Source of the DNA: Diplonema japonicum | Lineage: Eukaryota > Protista > Euglenozoa: Diplonemea | DNA: 64,000 nucleotides | Assembly (NCBI GenBank): GCA_964019335.1 | Contig: OZ025683.1 | Span: 496,001-560,000 of the forward strand | Direction: 5' to 3' | Part shown: one piece after another, positions 60,701 to 64,000 of the stretch | Layout: each line of letters begins with the position of its first letter | Position numbering within the stretch: position 1 is the stretch's first letter | Translations under genes and position numbers: made by a program | Notes under the pieces: generated by a model | The model's database searches: none | The model's input: the letters and a program-made list of their open reading frames with translations, nothing else | What the model was told of the DNA's origin: nothing

Positions 60701-62010
60701 TCCGGGCGGCGGAGAGGCTCTTCCAAGGGGACTTCGAAGGGGCAGCAAAGGCCCTTGGGAGCGCGATCGGGATCTTTTACACGGAGGGGCATACGGTGGT
60801 GGACGCGGGAGGCAGGAACGAGTACGGGTGCAAGTACGTGCAGGAGAGATGGGTGGAGTGCTGGTGCCACCTGTTCTGTTTCTTTGGGAGGACCTGCTAC
60901 ACGAAGTACGGGCCTAGGTACGCGGGCCCGCAGTGCATGGAAGAGGTGGCCCTTGCTGCGGGGGAGGTGAAGACGAAGTCGGACGAGATGTCGCAGAAGA
61001 CGAAGGTTGTGGACGGGTCGAAGGGTGAGAACCCGGGGCTGCAAAACGTCGACTCGGGGATGGAGGTCCCGATGCCCTCTCTGGAGACGACGACGGTGAT
61101 GGTACCATTCGGGACGGACGCGGCGGCGGCCTCGGGGTCGGGCTTCAGGGGCGGGGTGCGCACCTACGGGGGGGAGGGAACCGGGGGCGGGCTGTCCAGC
61201 TCGGAGGAGATGGTGACGCTGGACGACATGCCGTACGACTTCAGCAGCCAGGCGAGCTACGAGGCGAGCGTGGAGAACACGCAGAACAGAATGGTGTCGA
61301 AGATGGCGGACAAGGCGCTGGAGAACCAGGCCCTCCTCACGAACGACATCAGCACGGAGGCAGGGAAGGTGGTGCGGAGGCGCCCGGTCCTCGGAGGGGC
61401 CACCTCCTACACCTTCCGCTGCGACCAGGAGATCAACCTGGAGAGCCTGAAGCCGCTCCCTTGGTTCATCGACCCCGCGTGCACGGCAGGGGCGGAGGTG
61501 AAGCTTTTGAACCAGCGTATGCTCCCCGTGGCAGGCTTCCCGAACAGGATGTGCGGGTCTTCCTTCATGGAGGTGACGTGGCGGCTCCACGACAACCCGG
61601 TGTGCGGCGGGATCTCGGACACCGTGGCGCAGATCGTGACTTTGGAACCGGCCCCGCCCGCTTTTGTGTCCTCTTTCCCCGCCGATGTGCGCGTGACCAC
61701 AGAGCAGACGACGGACCCGATGGATCTCGGGGTGGCGGAGGGGATGTCCCCCTGCAGGCAGGAGTTCGACATCTTCTACGTGGACAGCGACCCGGTCCCT
61801 GTGGCGGAGTCGAACGGGAAGGAGTGGACCGTCAGCCGTGTGTGGTCCATCGTCCCCTTCTTCAAGACGTCGGTGTGCAGCGGGGCCACCGCCTCAGGCA
61901 GCAACAGAACGCAGACCATCACTGTCGTGGACGAGACTACTCCTGCTCCTCCCACCCAGCAACCTACCACCGCTGCCCCTGAAACTTCCGCAAACAACAT
62001 CGTCAACGAG

Positions 62011-63870
62011 GACAGCAGGCTCATCGCCTCCGTCGGGAACTGGTTGGCGTGTCCGACAGACGCGCAGATGGAGGCCTACACACACATCGTCGTGTCCTTT
62101 GCGGTGACCTACACCTGGGGTGCAACGAAAAACCAGTGCAACGAGCAGTGCGACATCCTGACACCCGTTGCGGTGTGCGGGAATGCCCCACATGCGGAGC
62201 TCGTGGCGAAGTGGAAGGCCGCGGGGAAGAAGGTGATCCTCTCCTTCGGCGGGGCGGGGATGGGGGGCTCGTGGGACGGGCTGAACGACTGCTGGGAGCA
62301 CTGCTTCGGGAAGGAGGAGCACCTGGCGCAGCAGCTGGCGAACATCGCGGGCACGCAAGGCTTCGACGGGATCGACATCGACTACCTGTACTACTACGAG
62401 GACGGACAGCGCAACACGTCCTTCTCGAAGGGAGCACAGGCACAGACCTTCTTGAAGGAGACAACCCTGAAGCTGAGGGAGAAGCTCCCCGCCGGAAGCC
62501 TCGTGACCCACTCCCCTGCGGACAGCGACCTCGTGAAGGGGACAGGCTACTTCGAGGTGATACGGGAGGTGGCTGCCTCTGTGGACTTCATCATGCCGCA
62601 GTACTACAACGGGGTGACGCGCCCCAACACGGACGGGATCAACGGCGGCGTCTCCCCCTCCGCCCTGGCGCACCTCAGGACCCTCGTGACGGACATCTTC
62701 GGGAGCAACCCGACGAAGGTGGTGTTCGGCTTCTGCATCAGCGGGTGCGGGGAGTTCAGCAGCAACGCGCAGCAGGCTGTCAGCGTGATGAACGAGCTGA
62801 AGGAGGCGTACCCCTGCAACGGGGGGGCCTTCTTCTGGAACGCTGCGGACGACGCGAACGGCACCTGGTCTCGTCCCCTCTCTGAAGAGGCCATCAGTCC
62901 CTCGAAAGGGTGCAGTGTAGGTGGGATCCCCCTCCCCCCGCCTCCTCCTCCTCCACCCCTCGTCACAGCCGTGGACAGCAGGCTCATTGCCACCCTCGGG
63001 AACTGGCAGACGCGCAAATGGAGGCCTACACACATGTCTTGGTTTCCTTCGCGGTGACCTACACCTGGGGCTCCAGGGAGAACCAGTGCAACGAGCAGTG
63101 CGACATCCTGACACCCGTTGCGGTGTGCGGGAACGCCCCACATGCGGAGCTCGTGGCGAAGTGGAAAGCGGCCGGGAAGAAGGTGATCCTCTCCTTCGGC
63201 GGGGCGGGGATGGGGGGCTCGTGGGACGGGCTGAACGACTGCTGGGAGCACTGCTTCGGGAAGGAGGAGCACCTGGCGCAGCAGCTGGCGGACATCGCGG
63301 CGGCGCAGGGCTTCGACGGGATCGACATCGACTACCTGTACTACTACGAGGACGGACAGCGCAACACGTCCTTCTCGAAGGGAGCACAGGCACAGACCTT
63401 CCTGAAGGAGACAACCCTGAAGCTGAGGGAGAAGCTCCCCGCCGGAAGCCTCGTGACCCACTCCCCTGCGGACAGCGACCTCGTGAAGGGGACAGGCTAC
63501 TTCGAGGTGATGCGGGAGGTGGCTGCCTCTGTGGACTTCATCATGCCGCAGTACTACAACGGGGTGACGCGCCCCAACACGGACGGGATCAACGGCGGCG
63601 CCTTCGACTCCGCCCTGGCGCACCTCAGGACCCTCGTGACGGACATCTTCGGGAGCGACCCGACGAAGGTGGTGTTCGGCTTCTGCATCAGCGGGTGCGG
63701 GGGCACCTCGTCCAACAGCAACGCGCAGCAGGCTGTCAGCGTGATGAACGAGCTGAAGGAGGCGTACCCCTGCAACGGGGGGGCCTTCTTCTGGAACGCT
63801 GCCCACGACATGATGGGTGCCTGGTCTCGTTCTGTGGCGGAGGCCATCAGCCCCTCGAGGGGGTGCAAGG
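62011..63870 (+). repeat. Tandem duplication of the GH18-like domain (about 62011-62915 and 62974-63870), near-identical DNA
   Basis: Offset is 963 bp before and 950 bp after a 13-nt deletion in copy 2. Confidence 0.92.
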
Positions 63871-64000
63871 TGCCCGTGTAGGGAACGAGAAACAGGAAAA
63901 TAATAATAGAAAATAAGATGAATAATGAATATGAGCTCGTCCGGAAAAAAATGTCAACAAATGACCCTCCTGCGGCGTAAAACCCCCGTTAAATTTCTAA

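Larger units (their letters stand above)
56558..63881 (+). pseudogene. Large secreted mosaic gene (~2,440 codons) with two frameshifts: helical N-terminus, Gly-rich beta region with (TPVP)38 insert, long beta-strand region, amphipathic helix, HYR-like repeats, two GH18-fold domains lacking the catalytic Glu
   Basis: ORFs 56558, 57853 and 62910 are consecutive -1 shifts (about 58110-58125 and 63006/63007). GH18 motifs KVILSFGG, FDGIDIDY(L), DFIMPQYYN and GGAFFW. Could be a real pseudogene or an assembly error. Confidence 0.75.

Noticed and set aside
56636-63916. Long antisense and alternative-frame ORFs (e.g. 58434-60341, 58981-60138, 60202-61590, 61894-63414)
   Set aside because: Expected shadows of a GC3-rich or repetitive coding strand; the translations are low-complexity Arg/Gly/Pro-rich.

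Overview
Eukaryotic DNA, most likely a euglenozoan and probably a diplonemid. This is inferred from all host genes lying on the + strand with spacers of often only 105-140 bp, tiny GTATG...YAG introns, a PFC16-like paraflagellar-rod gene and Pro/Thr-stalk multipass surface proteins. The window has two compartments. (1) 1-43 kb is gene-dense: a RING-like protein, a ~4,800-aa polycystin-1/REJ-like receptor, a ~4,700-aa coiled-coil protein with 13 acidic di-Trp (GWGDDGWG) motifs, a tandem PH-like protein, a PFC16-like protein, an IQ coiled-coil protein, a uL30/Rlp7-like protein, an RLY-repeat protein and a mucin-stalk multipass protein. Fifteen 33-44 nt introns could be placed by hand, plus 3 candidate in-frame ones, and they join many ORF-track fragments into single genes. 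(2) 43-64 kb is rich in homopolymers and mobile DNA: a 5'-truncated non-LTR retrotransposon with no poly(A) tail flanked by identical G(T)14 runs, a degenerate Sola-like DNA transposon (about 180-bp imperfect TIRs, ATAT duplication), a small inverted-repeat element, an intronless 2xCUB-4xWSC secreted protein, and a twice-frameshifted ~2,440-codon secreted mosaic gene ending in two GH18 domains whose catalytic Glu is replaced by Leu. I recognised no tRNA, rRNA, SL-RNA or CRISPR array. All family assignments come from motif recognition by eye, not from database searches.
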